Assembly (NCBI GenBank): GCA_951406725.2
Contig: OX597835.1
Coordinates: 6,200,001-6,264,000, forward strand
DNA: 64,000 bases
Direction: 5' to 3'
DNA from: Octopus vulgaris
Taxonomy: Eukaryota
In this document: positions 1-13,914 of the stretch, piece by piece
Layout: each line of letters starts with the position of its first letter
Position numbering within the stretch: the first letter of the stretch is position 1
The notes under the pieces: model-generated
The model's database searches: none
What the model was told of the DNA's origin: nothing
The model's input: the letters and a program-made list of their open reading frames with translations, nothing else
Made by a program: the position numbers and the translations under genes

Positions 1-213
1 TCAATCTAATAAGAACGTGACAGTAGGGGGTACACCACCGCTGTATAGCCCTAGGAAGCATCGAACGCCTCCTGATGGCTTTGACACAAATGTATATAAG
101 GACACAGGGAAAAATGTCAAAGCCATCAGGAGGCATTCGATGCTTCCTAGGGCTATACAGCGGTAGTGTACCCCCTACTGTCACGTTCTTATTAGATTGA
201 CAGTATACAACCA
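1..213. mobile_element. Palindromic MITE, copy 1 (left end cut off by window edge)
   Basis: Bases 1-85 are the near-perfect reverse complement of 115-200, continuing to CAGTATACAACCA at 213, with a spacer of about 30 bp. A second copy lies at 29379-29608. Confidence 0.85.
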
Positions 214-620
214 ATTTTAACTATAAAATTCATTTATGCATAAAGCAACAGAGCTCTCACCCTGCGAGCCATTGTTTTCCCAACCATTATAATTTCTCTA
301 CTCTGTAGAGAAATTATGTAATGCATTTCAGAGATAATAAACAACAGTTGCTGATAACCTTGGAACATTCATTATTATTGGGTTCTATCTTTAACCCAAT
401 TAATTTAATCATTTTAAACCTAGCTTCAGTTTTTATGTTTCTAATAAAACTCATATTAAACTCTATTAAATTTATGCTCCATTAAACTTTATGTTAGTGT
501 AGTTAATTTTTCATCAGTAGCTGAGTTTTAGTTCTAATTTAACTGATTATTTAGCTACAAAGACAAGAATTTATTCTAGATTATTCGATAGCATAACTTT
601 TATTGATTTACGAGAATATT

Positions 621-750
621 TTATCTTTTACTTGTTGCAGTCATTAGGCTGCGCCATGTTGGAGTAACGCCTTGTAGAATGTTTTGGTCGAATGAATCAT
701 ACTTATTTTTATTAAGTACTTACTTTTTGTTAAATCTGGTATTTATTCTA
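621..750 (-). mobile_element. Degenerate 3' part of SINE family A
   Basis: TTTTACTTGTTGCAGTCATTAGGCTGCGCCATGTTGGAGTAACGCC matches the reverse complement of the family A tail seen at 45533-45595. Confidence 0.6.
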
Positions 751-1239
751 TCTATATACATGCATATATGAGTACAGGACATCAAAAAAACGTTGAACAC
801 AATAAGAAGCGAAAACATAAAAACAAACACATAGAAACGAACTTTTTTCAAAACAACGAAAAGAACAGAGTACAAGACATACAACACAAGGAATATTCCC
901 CCTTCTTCAGTTGTCCCTGTTTCATCTACTCCGCGTTTCGAAGGTAAGTCTTTTCCAGCTGGCTACGGACACATGGTCTGTGTCTGTATACTGTGAGAAG
1001 AGAATAACAAACTACTTTTAAATCTCTGAGCGAGAAATAAGTTGTTACAGTACCGTACAGTAAAGTCTATGTTCCAATGCAACGTGGTAGTCCTGCCTAG
1101 GACAATGTTACTACTATTTAGTCCCAGGAAAATATTTTTTTCCAGCCGGCTACCGGCACATGATCTGTGTCTGTATACTGCGAGCAAGGGAATCTACTGC
1201 TCCCTTTCTAGCTGTAGCGATACCTGTAGCCAATAAGAA

Positions 1240-1275
<36 letters not shown>

Positions 1276-2088
1276 AATGCAAATTATATTTGTAAAGACG
1301 ATCATACTGAAGATCTACGGAGAACTTGCGTAAGTAAAATTACGTAACTGTAGATAGTGAAACATGTTTATGCTTAATCAGTATTTTTGTTACTTTTCAT
1401 TTGTTTTTCTCGCTTACGTTCTGGTGTTTGCTAAATTTTCTTGAGAACATTTCTTAGTGGTAAGTCCATAGCGTATCTACTTCTAGCATGAGGGTTGTCC
1501 ACATAGTGGTCATCCCTCTCATATGTATGCGCTTATATATTTATTTATTTCTATTTCAAACCTTAGTCGAAAATTTCTGCTACTCTCAGTTCTAATTCTA
1601 ATTACTAACCTGTATTTTGTTTTGTTTTTTATTCCTTTATTAACTTAGACCATATTTTTCCTATCGCGTCATATTTCTTATCTCATTATATATTTTCACA
1701 CACTTCGAATTTCACTTTATATTTCATGTGAATATTTCATTTTAAAATTCAATTCTTCCAAGATATATCTAATTGTTCCCAATAACAAAAGCTAATTGAC
1801 AGACAAATTATCAATTTGACACAATCTTGTAAGGACCAATGTTATTTTATGCACGGTTTGCTAGTTCTTCAGCTCCTCCTACGCATTAACCATGCGAATG
1901 CGACAAGCTGTAAGTCTACCAACCAAAACACAAATTCTTATCTATTCACCGATACATTAACTATAATTTTAAACTATGTTATCAAATTTATTTTAGGCCA
2001 CTTGGTTCCTTTAATAAACATAATTAAAGCGACCGGAATTTTTAATTCATGTTTTGTTTTATACCTTTCCACTATTTAAAGACACACG

Positions 2089-2478
<390 letters not shown>

Positions 2479-2983
2479 CATGTAGTGATTCTTGTTTTAT
2501 TCGCTTACATATATATATATATGAAAAAAACATTTTGTGAAGTGTAGAAAATTCAGTATTTCGGGCAGTGTTCTTCTTAAGAAAAAATTTGAAGGAAGAG
2601 AACGAGTGAAATTAATGAGACACAGCAGAATTGTTCATCCTTCAAGCAAAAAAAAAGAAGAAAACCTCGCTGCTACTGTTTAGGAACGCAGGTCTGCGTA
2701 AGCTTCATATGTGAAGAAGAAATAGTAAGAGAAACAGTGTGAGAAGGAATGAGTAGTGGAATGAGGATAATGAGGTGAAAGAGGAAGGTGTAGTGAGAGG
2801 GGAACTGAAGGATAAGAAAGAGTGTAATGAACTAAGAGGAGGAAGGAGGAAAACCGTTCCTTTATGCTTGTCGGTGACATGGTGACAAGTTTCAATATGA
2901 AACGCTTTCCCTCCGTTTTCTTGACAATGCGGATCTGTGGTATACGGCCATGCCACACACTGATGAGTGAGTGATGGAATATA

Positions 2984-3216
2984 CAGTGCTGGTCAAAAGT
3001 CACTCGACAGTAAATCAAAATTCCATAAAGACTTAATATTCAATTTTATTTATTCACTTGGAAAAATGTGTCGCTCAAGAAGGCTTTCAGTTAGAACAAT
3101 TTTCACGATGTTTCATATTTAGACGCTTTTATTAAATTCATTCAGTTGTTAAACATAAATAAATCTTGGAATTAAATGGTTTTGACTTACTGTCAGGTGA
3201 CTTTTGGCCAACCATG
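2984..3216. mobile_element. Tc1/mariner-type MITE (~230 bp)
   Basis: The left end TA|CAGTGCTGGTCAAAAGTCACTCGACAGTAAATCAAAA matches the reverse complement of the right end (CATGGTTGGCCAAAAGTCACCTGACAGTAAGTCAAAA). CAGTG start after TA. Confidence 0.7.
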
Positions 3217-3230
3217 TGTTTGCGTGTATG

Positions 3231-3261
<31 letters not shown>

Positions 3262-3412
3262 GAATGCTGCCTCCTTCGTTACCGAGTATGGCCATTGGAC
3301 GAAGCTTAACTGTTACTGGTGCTGTGATCGAATGTGACTTTTTAGCCCAGCTAAAGATCTACAATGTCTTGTACAGAATTGGCAGCTAAAACCTTTACCG
3401 GTAATAGCCGAT
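3262..3412 (-). mobile_element. RTE-clade LINE 3' end: C-terminal zinc-finger-like motif, stop and short 3' UTR
   Basis: The minus strand encodes GFSCQFCTRHCRSLAGLKSHIRSQHQ* (stop at 3313-3315), resembling the C..C.R.C.S..GL.SH.R motif at the end of RTE ORFs. About 50 bp of UTR follows, and the fragment is flanked by (TA)n. Confidence 0.65.
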
Positions 3413-3430
3413 ATTATATATATACATACA

Positions 3431-3511
<81 letters not shown>

Positions 3512-4903
3512 CGGTCCGACATTTTGATTTAAGGTTGAATAAACTGCTCCGTCTCTAGGACTTAACTAATATTGTGTTCTTTTCAACTCCAGGAAGAAAA
3601 AAAGAGGTAAAAGTGACATCGGAGGGATTTGAACTCTAAAAAAAAAAGAGAACTACATACTGCAAGACAATTTACACCAATGTTTCTACTGGTTGTTCAA
3701 CTCATCAGAGCACACTCGATGTAGACTTGAAGTCAGTGCTCCCACTGCTTTCTGTTGTCTATTTGATTTAAGGTAAACAAATGTATTTAAGCGTTAGTTC
3801 TTCTCGTGGTCACAGATATATACACAATCCTGGTTTTAGAAAGATATGGGATGGTCGTAGCTGGAATGCTTTTCATTATAGGTCCACCGAATCAGAGCTG
3901 ACCTAAAGCTGACCTAACTGCTGCATAATTTACAGTAGCGGACCGGATATTATTTTAGAACAGAATATGAAGGAAATGTGAAATAAGCCACATTGTAATA
4001 CCTTGGGAGAGAAGAATTGGAAACCAAGAACTAGTAAACCTTGAAACATGACAAAATCTGTTGACAGTGTTAAATCAGAATTGTGCAAATCCATTAGAAA
4101 TGGCTTCTCGGAAGACAATAAATAAATTTAGCGACGGCATTAATGCTAAGCCTTTCACAGACAGTCATCCACATTGGCAAAATCCATTACTGTAAAACAT
4201 TACAACGAAAGGTACTGAAACATTCTGTGAAAAACCCATCCTGTCTTTTGAATAAAGAGAATAGAACATTTCTGTAAAATGAACGTCGATAAAAGCTCAA
4301 AATCTCTCTGATCAATTTACTAGCCAGTACACAATGTCGACAGAAACCTTTCCAAATATTCTCCTATGCACGTAAATCTATGATAATGCACTCACGTTGT
4401 ACGTGACCCGAAGGGAGAGCATATGAGTGGATGCTTGGAAAACTAAAGAAATACAGAGACCAAGTTGAAGAATTTGGCAGTCAATAAATGCGTCAAAAAC
4501 TAGAATGATTTTTTGTTGTTTAACCCCACATCAATCCTGACTGATCATAAGTATTCCATCCATGACCATCCCATCTTTTTATTTATTCAAAAATACATTG
4601 TTCACTATTTCTTTCTATTGAAAATGTGTTTAAGACGTAAAGTATGATTTGAGAGAGATTTAACTGCTATTTCTAATATGCCAAACCATTGTATAGATGA
4701 TAGAAGCTACCCACCACCCCATTGGCCCTATATGGTTCTTGTTATTTTTGCTGTGTGTGTGGCCCCAGGACATCTTTTCTCAAGCTGTCACATGACACGC
4801 ACGTAGACCACCGAAAAACTCAATGTGACCCCTATGTAGCTATTTTTTCCAGCTACACTTCGCTACTGCCTAACTTAGGAACATACAGCTCACTCTATAT
4901 ACA

Positions 4904-5313
<410 letters not shown>

Positions 5314-5356
5314 CATATATATATATACATATATATGCGTGTGTGTGTGTGTGTGT

Positions 5357-5660
5357 GGAGACGCAATGGCCCAGTGGTTAGGGCAGCGGACTCGCGGTTG
5401 TAGGATCGCGGTTTCGATTCCCAGACGGGGCGTTGTGAATGTTTACTGAGCGAAAACACCTAAAGCTACACGAGGCTCCGGCAAGGGGTGGTGGCGGTCC
5501 CTGCTGTACTCTTTCGCCACAACTTTCTCTCACTCTTTCTTCTGTTGGCCTGCTCGCTTAGCCAAGCGGGGTGGCGTCATTTGAAGGCTAAAACAATGCG
5601 AAGCGCATTGTGACCAGCGATGTTTAGCAACATCTGATAGTCTGGTCGGTCACGGTGATA
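5357..5660 (+). mobile_element. tRNA-derived SINE family D
   Basis: TGGCCCAGTGGTTAGG A box and GGTTTCGATTCCC B box. The head is repeated at 25325-25412 and the tail is shared with 18125-18245. Confidence 0.8.
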
Positions 5661-5804
5661 TATATATATATATTACATTAAATTAGAGACAAAACCACTA
5701 TTAGGCAAATCAAACAATGAAAAACTTAATCCAATACATAATATTATTTAATTTATATTATTTAAATATATAACAAAATTATTAAAAAAATATAATTAAT
5801 ATCA

Positions 5805-5868
5805 CACTACGATCGTTTCATGCCTGCTAACATCTTCAAATTTTTGAGTCGCAGTCATTCATCAGGTG
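5805..5868 (-). ncRNA. Type I hammerhead ribozyme motif in a (TA)n-embedded Penelope-like fragment (~5674-5916)
   Basis: Minus strand reads CAC-CUGAUGA-AUGACUGC...GCAGGCAU-GAAAC-GAUC-GUA-GUG: full core, helix II with one mismatch, palindromic helix III (ACGAUCGU) and a GUA cleavage triplet. Confidence 0.75.
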
Positions 5869-5909
5869 GTTTAAATATTTAACTTGGCGAGGTTTAAAAC
5901 TCGCCAAGT

Positions 5910-5957
<48 letters not shown>

Positions 5958-6457
5958 GTCTGTATGTATGTTTGGGTATATGTATTATTTTGTGCATTGG
6001 ATGTAATGTAGTTTGCTCTTCACGTTTCCCGTCACAGAAAAACGCAATTTCTTCTTCAGCATCTGGTGTCTCCTTCTCTGTGAGCATGTCGTCTCCACAT
6101 TCAAATATTAATGTTTCTCCCTATAAACAAAAAAAAAAAATTTTCCTATACATTCTTCTTTCACCAGTTTATTTTGTATTTTCGTTGTTTTTTTATGGGG
6201 TTTGTCGTAATATTTTCTCCAGAATTTCCTACATGCTATATACCATTCAGCCACAAATATTCCAGCAATTCTTATGTTTTTTGATCGGTGATTCTACCAC
6301 ATTCCTTACACTATTTTTTTTTTTCTTCTTCTTTATATATTCGTAACAAGCAATATAACCTATCCTGTATATCCTAGATTCTATACGTGTTACATGTGGG
6401 CTGTAATCTTCTGTATATATCTATTATTATTAAGCTTATTTTTACATTATTAATATT

Positions 6458-6459
<2 letters not shown>

Positions 6460-6493
<34 letters not shown>

Positions 6494-6619
6494 CATTTGA
6501 AAAACACATCAAGGTTTTCCTTTTCTCACATGAAAAGAAATTAGACGAATCTTTGCTGACAAATATTCTGTTCTTTTCCGCGAAAGTTGTGTAGCTTTGT
6601 GTCTCTGTTAGACGCTGCC

Positions 6620-6653
<34 letters not shown>

Positions 6654-6741
6654 ATGGTGGTAGTAGTAGTAGTAGTAGTAGTTATCAGTAGTAAGTAGTA
6701 GTTGTAGTAGTAGTAGTAGTTGTAGTAGTAGTAGTAGTAGT

Positions 6742-6776
<35 letters not shown>

Positions 6777-6829
6777 TAGTAGTTGTTGTTGTTGTTGTTG
6801 TTGTAGTAGTAGTAGTAGTAGTGGTGGTG

Positions 6830-6886
<57 letters not shown>

Positions 6887-6956
6887 ATAGTGGTGGTGGT
6901 GGTGGTGGTGGTGGTGGTGGTGGTGGTGGTGGTGGTGGTAGTAGTAGTAGTAGTAT
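6460..6956. repeat. Trinucleotide arrays (GTT)n/(GTA)n/(GCA)n/(GTG)n
   Basis: Directly visible; source of the poly-T/poly-V ORFs. Confidence 0.95.
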
Positions 6957-7177
6957 TTTCGTCTAGCTTAAATTCACTCACGCCAGTCGATCAAACCTTC
7001 AGAGAAGAATTTGTTTTGCGTTTTGTTTTTTTGTTTTTACGTCGTGGAAAAGAACGAGTTTTGGTTCATTTCGCTAACAAAGACCAGAATCTTTGAACGT
7101 TCGCCTCTTTACCCTGGATGAAAAAATAAGTTTCATTTTTCAATATTTTCTTTTATATACTTAAATCTTTGTAAACA

Positions 7178-7348
7178 GGCGCAGCAGTGGCTGTGTGGTA
7201 AGTAGCTTGCTTACCAACCACATGGTTCCGGGTTCAGTCCCACTGCGTGGCAAATTGGGTAAATGTCTTCTACTATAGCCTCGGGCCGACCAAAGCCTTG
7301 TGAGTGGATTTGGTAGACGGAAACTGAAAGAAGCCCGTCGTATATATG

Positions 7349-7396
<48 letters not shown>
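7178..7396 (+). mobile_element. SINE family A, 5' half ending in its internal microsatellite
   Basis: GGCGCAGCAGTGGCTGTGTGGTAAGTAGCTTGCTTACCAACCACATGGTTCCGGGTTCAGTCCC..., colinear with 45182-45380. Confidence 0.85.
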
Positions 7397-7398
<2 letters not shown>

Positions 7399-7679
7399 GC
7401 CTAATTGTGTTTATCTGCAATACTGCCTCCATACCGTCTTGGATGTCTCTCACAGCCACTCTTTACCCCGTGGACTTAGTTCTGAATGAACAATTCGGTG
7501 TTTAAGTCCCAATTCGTTTGAGCACTTCTACGTGTTTTCTGTACTGGGCATATTAGACTCTCGCCTATTGTCTTGTGCTCAGATGCATGTGCTCGTATGC
7601 ATGAATGTACGTATATAATTATGTATGTGCGTTCATGTATGTACACACATATGACAGACCGATCATATCAATCTTTATG

Positions 7680-7735
<56 letters not shown>

Positions 7736-7740
<5 letters not shown>

Positions 7741-7841
7741 TACTTATCGCCATACTTATATGGCAGTCTTATAAATGTAAGACTAAAGCTGTCGCTGATT
7801 AGCTCCAAGACTGCCATATATGTATGGCGATAACTATTAAT
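7736..7841. repeat. Inverted repeat (35-bp arms, 2 mismatches) at the edge of a (TA)n-embedded insert
   Basis: 7736-7770 versus 7807-7841. Confidence 0.85.
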
Positions 7842-8114
7842 TTCCAGTAACGCTGCCGTAATCTCCTTTAAAGAGACTTAGTAATTTTAATATTTATATA
7901 TATATATACTTCAAAAACGTTAATCTTTTGTTTCATGCTCTGTTTTGAATGATTAGATTTCTGTGGAAAATAAATTAGATTAAATTTCATTTAGATTTGA
8001 GCTTTCAGCCTTCAGCGGCGGTAAAATACGATACTTGTTATGCACTGGGGTCGATGTAACCGACTTTATTCCTTCCCTCAAACTTGAGGCTTAGTACTTC
8101 CATTAGAAAGGACT

Positions 8115-8858
<744 letters not shown>

Positions 8859-9862
8859 TTCGCTGCTGACCTGTCAAGGAGTCTATGGCTTCTGACAGCT
8901 CTGGAACAAAAAAAAAGGATGATTTTTTCACTATTTGAAAGTAAATAAAAAAAAAGCTTTTTCATCACTTAGATTAACACAAAGAAAATCTTCTCAACAA
9001 AACGGAAGAATATATTTTATATAAAAAAAAAACAAACAAACGAAGGAATGTGGGTGTTTTTGACATGTTTGATTTTCTCTTCTGACAGTTTTTCAACAAT
9101 GGCTTCCATGAAATAAAAACGACAGTAGATACTCCAATAAAATGTCGGAAAAAAACTCAACAAGTAGACTCGGGTAACAACGTAGGAGAGACTTTTTTTT
9201 ATTCTTTTTTGTGTTTTTGTTATTTTTTCTCTCTCTCTTTTTGTCGCAAGATACACATGAAATACAAAAAAAAAATATTGACATGATGAAATAATTCTTA
9301 ATGAATCAAATAGTATCTTTATTAGCAATATCAGCACCGTATATTGACAGGCTCTGAAGGTGTAATCAAGCCAGGAATTTCGTATTTTCTTTCATTTTTC
9401 ATGTGCTGTTAGTTACGCGTAAAAAATTAGGTCAGTATGGCAAAGTCGTATAAACACACTGTTCTTCCTGATTACGCTTTTAAAGGGGGGAAAATTACCA
9501 ATTTCTGTTTAGTTAAAGGTATGGTGTTGTACCTTGAACACCACCACAAGATATCGTGAGGTGGAACATCGAAGCTGCAGTAGAAATACTGGCAACTCTG
9601 ATTCATACGTATGAAAGTGTTGGATTGTCTGAAAGGGATTTAACAGGGAACGTTCCAGAAAGACATACAAGAAACAGAATATTATGACACTCTGAAATGG
9701 CCAAACGCTGGGATTTTCTCCATACACAGCCTCATTCGACTTGTGCTTTTGTATACATGTTTTCATAGGACGTGACATATTCGAACCCAAGCTCGGCAAT
9801 GTGCTATCACTCGTATGTGGGTAGGATACCCTAAATATTTATAAGTTTTTTAAAACACCTTT

Positions 9863-10174
9863 TTTTTTTCACTACCCACAAGGGGCTAAACACAGAGAGG
9901 ACAAACAAGCACAGACAAACGGATTAAGTCGATTAGATCGACCCCAGTGCGTAACTGGTACTTAATTTATCGACCCCGAAAGGATGAAAGGCAAAGTCAA
10001 CCTCGGCGGAATTTGAACTCAGAACGTAACGACAGACGAAATACCGCTAAGCATTTCGCCCTGCGCGCTAACGTTTCTGCCAGCTCGCCGCCTTATTCAC
10101 ACTAAATATAGATACACACGAAATACGACTACGCATTTCGCCCGGCGTGCTAACGTTTCTGCCAGCTCGCCGCC
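9863..10174 (-). mobile_element. SINE family B with an extra upstream head fragment, inside one 16-bp TSD
   Basis: Full copy at about 9866-10092 plus a second head at 10118-10174. TTTTTAAAACACCTTT occurs at 9847-9862 and 10180-10195. Confidence 0.85.
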
Positions 10175-11019
10175 TTATATTTTTAAAACACCTTTATTTA
10201 TTTTATATACAATCTCTTAAAATGTCTCCAACGTCAGCCCACTCCGTTTTTGTATAACCTCATCTCGTTCATCATCACAAGGCTGTGTGAACCCGCCCCC
10301 ACGCACATTGTGCAAATAACGTTTCTCTATTCTTGTTATCTGACAGTTATTTCCAATAGTTTTTGAAGCATGAAATCAGATTTTCTTTTTACACTTGACG
10401 ATTGGAAGAATATGTCGTGAATAAGGGCTGTCATTCATCTCAGCTAGCTAATCTTACTTTCTGTTATAATCCATAAAGAAAAATTAAATTAGAAAAGGAA
10501 ATATTTAATTTTGGAAAAAGTATACATTGAAAGCTAAAGCCTTTCCGATGAAGTTATATTTGGGTCTGATATGTAATAAACACATCGTTTTTCAACCCTG
10601 CTGGGTCTCATAAGATTTCATAAGGCGAAGTTCACCTGTTTGCTCAAACGATGGTTATAATATCTAAACGTATCAAGAATTTGCAATTCTGCGATATAGG
10701 CCTTAAAATAAAATGATGATTATAATTCTGTCAGAAACTAAACAACAAATGAATTCGTGAAGGAAACGGGTGGAGCGTCAGATGGTTTAATGATTAAACA
10801 TTTTGCGTGTCAACGACTAACAAGAGGAATTGATTGTTAAGTACTATGGAGGTTGAAGCGAGCAGTCAGGTGATAAAGTTTTTAACAGAAAGTCAATAAA
10901 TTTTACAGAGTAGAAATTTTATTTCTGCAGATTCAAATAAAATGTAAATTGATTGGCTTACTCATTGCATGTATACACACACAGATGCGTACTTGCGTAA
11001 GCACATGCACACTTGAATG

Positions 11020-11061
11020 CTCATACACACACACACTCACTAACACACACACACACACACA

Positions 11062-11093
<32 letters not shown>

Positions 11094-11271
11094 TCTTCAT
11101 TTTTTTTTTCTTAGAAATAATATTCTCTCTGAGAATGAACTCTCACAAATACACACAAAAGTACACACACTCATAAACACACACGCACGAGCATACACAC
11201 ATATACACACACACACACATACACACACACACAAGTACACACACTCATAAACACACACGCACGAGCATACA

Positions 11272-11304
<33 letters not shown>

Positions 11305-11425
11305 GTACACACACTCATAAACACACACGCACGATACACACACACACACACGAGCATACACACATACACACACACATACACACACACACATACACACACA
11401 CACACACACACACGAACACTCACGA
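11020..11425. repeat. (CA)n-based region with ~70-bp higher-order units
   Basis: AAGTACACACACTCATAAACACACACGCACGA recurs at about 11159, 11233 and 11303. Confidence 0.85.
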
Positions 11426-12076
11426 ACATATGTGTATATGTGTGTGTGTGTGCATATTCCTACGTCTATGTATGAATATATTTCCATCCCGTCTCCAAAT
11501 GACAGAAAGGAACGCTCTATGGACATGTTTATGGTCAGCCATGTACATCATGAATATCACACAATAATTCAATAGTTTCCACGAATATAAATGCGCCATC
11601 TGCGCTGATGTTGCTCGTTTCCGATTCATTATGCATGTATGCAACATAAGTTCACCTTGAATGCATTATAAAACCTGGAATCAGCTACCCACTCGTATAA
11701 ATGAATGTTTGTATCGGTGTTTGTCCATAACCAGTTCGGATGCATAATCAACCAGAGAAGGAAAACAAGGGCAAAAATGTATATTTTAAAAGTATCTACA
11801 ACGGAGCTCTGTTTACGATGGTTGAAATTTTCAAAATGGAATTTGAGTAAAAAATGTTTCCCTCTTTTCCTTTTACACTTAAAAGTATTGTGGCTTCATA
11901 AAAACTTCTTTATTTCCAATTTATTTCTCTCTCCTTCTCTCTCTCTCCCTCTCTCTCCCCTCTCTCGCTCGCTTTCTCTCTCACTCTGTCTCGTGTGCGA
12001 TCTCTCTCATACATATAAATATACATTATAAATATGCATATATATACAAATGCATACATATATTCATTCTTGCATC

Positions 12077-12204
12077 TATGTATGTATGTATGTATGTATG
12101 TATGTATGTATGTATGTATGTATGTATGTATGTATGTGTGTGTATGTATGCATGTATGTATGTATGTATGTATGTATGTATGTATGTATGTATGTATGTA
12201 TGTA

Positions 12205-12235
<31 letters not shown>

Positions 12236-12305
12236 ATGTATGTATGTATGTATGTATGTATGTATGTATGTATGTATGTATGTATCTATCTATCTATCTA
12301 TCTAT
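12077..12305. repeat. (TATG)n microsatellite
   Basis: Directly visible. Confidence 0.95.
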
Positions 12306-13459
12306 GCCCCCTCAGTTCCAAGTATAGCTGGAGTATAAAAGCTAATAATATTAACGCTACTTCAGTTCTAACTCTGATTTCATGTAACTAATTATTAAAA
12401 CAATTAATGTAGGGAAACAGCGTGACAAAATATAAGCCAAAATATTGGCAACCATATCTGTATATCATTAATAGCCAGCAGTACTTCATGATTTGATCGT
12501 ATACCAAACTTTAAAAAAACATTCATTTATTCTAGAACGTGATATCTTCATGAATTCACGTGAGAAAATACGTGATGTTTTCATGCCTTCAGTCCCATGT
12601 GTATAAAGACATGTAAACAAGAATGTGTCTATTGTTAATAAAATTTTAGTGTCGATGAATAATTGAACACTTCTCTCTATTATATGACTAGCTTTCAGCA
12701 AATGCATTAAGTAAGAAATAAAACGTCAGTGAGCTACAGTTGAATCAAAAACTTCGCTGTTTCTATATTAAGTATAAACAGTGGAAAGCTTTCCAATGCA
12801 AACACGCAACGCTCTTCTCTAAATAATTGCAACAGCCGGTTCTAATATATGTGTCTTCTCAACAGTATGTATCTTTCAAAAGCATTAGCTTATTGAGCGA
12901 AGGTTTCTATTGTAAACAGAAAGTTTCAATTCGAAGAGATTTTCGTTAATTGTATACGTATTCTCACACACAGAAAAGCATCTTGCCCCCTCAGTTCTAA
13001 GTATGGCTGCAGTATAAAAGATAATAATATTAACGCTATTTTTGTTCACGATTTAGTTGATTACTGAACACTTTCTGTTCGCAAAATACTGTAATAGGAT
13101 GTTGCGTTCCATGCTTCTCGGAGAAGCATAATATTCTATAAATAGCGTTTTGCAATTTTCAACAAAAGATGAGAACTAGCGAACTCTTAGAAACATTTCT
13201 TTCGTAATTTATAAACGAATTTCCAACTTTCAACTGGCTAAAATAGTTTATTTTCAACATTTCGTCAGCATTGAGCTAGTACAAAAGTCTTTGGTCAAAG
13301 GCCTTCCAACTAGGACCATCCTACTTCAACATGTCTTATCATTATAGAAATTGGATATGTTGTTCGAGCTGTTTTACATGAAGCTGGTCGACTGACTACG
13401 TAGAATGTCCTCGTTGTTGTTGTTGTTATTGTTGTTGTTGCTGCTGCTGCTGCTGCTGC

Positions 13460-13498
<39 letters not shown>

Positions 13499-13850
13499 GA
13501 ATCAAATTAACTCAGGTATCAATTTAATCTTACTTTAATGTAGACATCGCTTTGTTTCGTTTCAATGAAAGAATTTGGCTGCCACTTCTAACCTGTCGGA
13601 TTCGTAGTGGAAGCTTATTGTTTGCTTCGACGTGAAGTAGTAAAGGAACAGTGGACGGTGATTGGCGAGGGTGGAAGCAATATCGACTGTCTTCGTGTTT
13701 GAGGATTCGGCAAACGCTGACGCCGGTGGTCTTGAAATAAACTTCACTTCTAAAAGAGGTGCTAAATCAAACATTGTTCTTGGAATGGTTATTTGATACT
13801 TATCGATAACGATGGAAATAAATGGATGTATGAGGTACTTTGTGTGTGTA

Positions 13851-13914
<64 letters not shown>

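Noticed and set aside
2955-2980. CTGATGAG hammerhead-like half core
   Set aside because: No helix II or GAAA partner.
5357-5435. tRNA-like sequences with A/B boxes (also 25325, 26472, 40279)
   Set aside because: They continue into SINE bodies or are SINE heads, with no complete cloverleaf or acceptor stem; not tRNA genes.
5972-6346. Possibly coding-like purine-rich minus strand (also 52060-52380 and 55352-55960)
   Set aside because: Many stops and no motif I can recognise; may be decayed retroelement DNA but is unassignable without BLASTX.
11159-11340. Regularly spaced repeats superficially like a CRISPR array
   Set aside because: The spacers are (CA)n, the context is eukaryotic and there are no cas genes; it is a minisatellite.
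13562-13774. 70-aa non-repetitive ORF
   Set aside because: No recognisable motif or splice signals; partly overlaps an old repeat motif.
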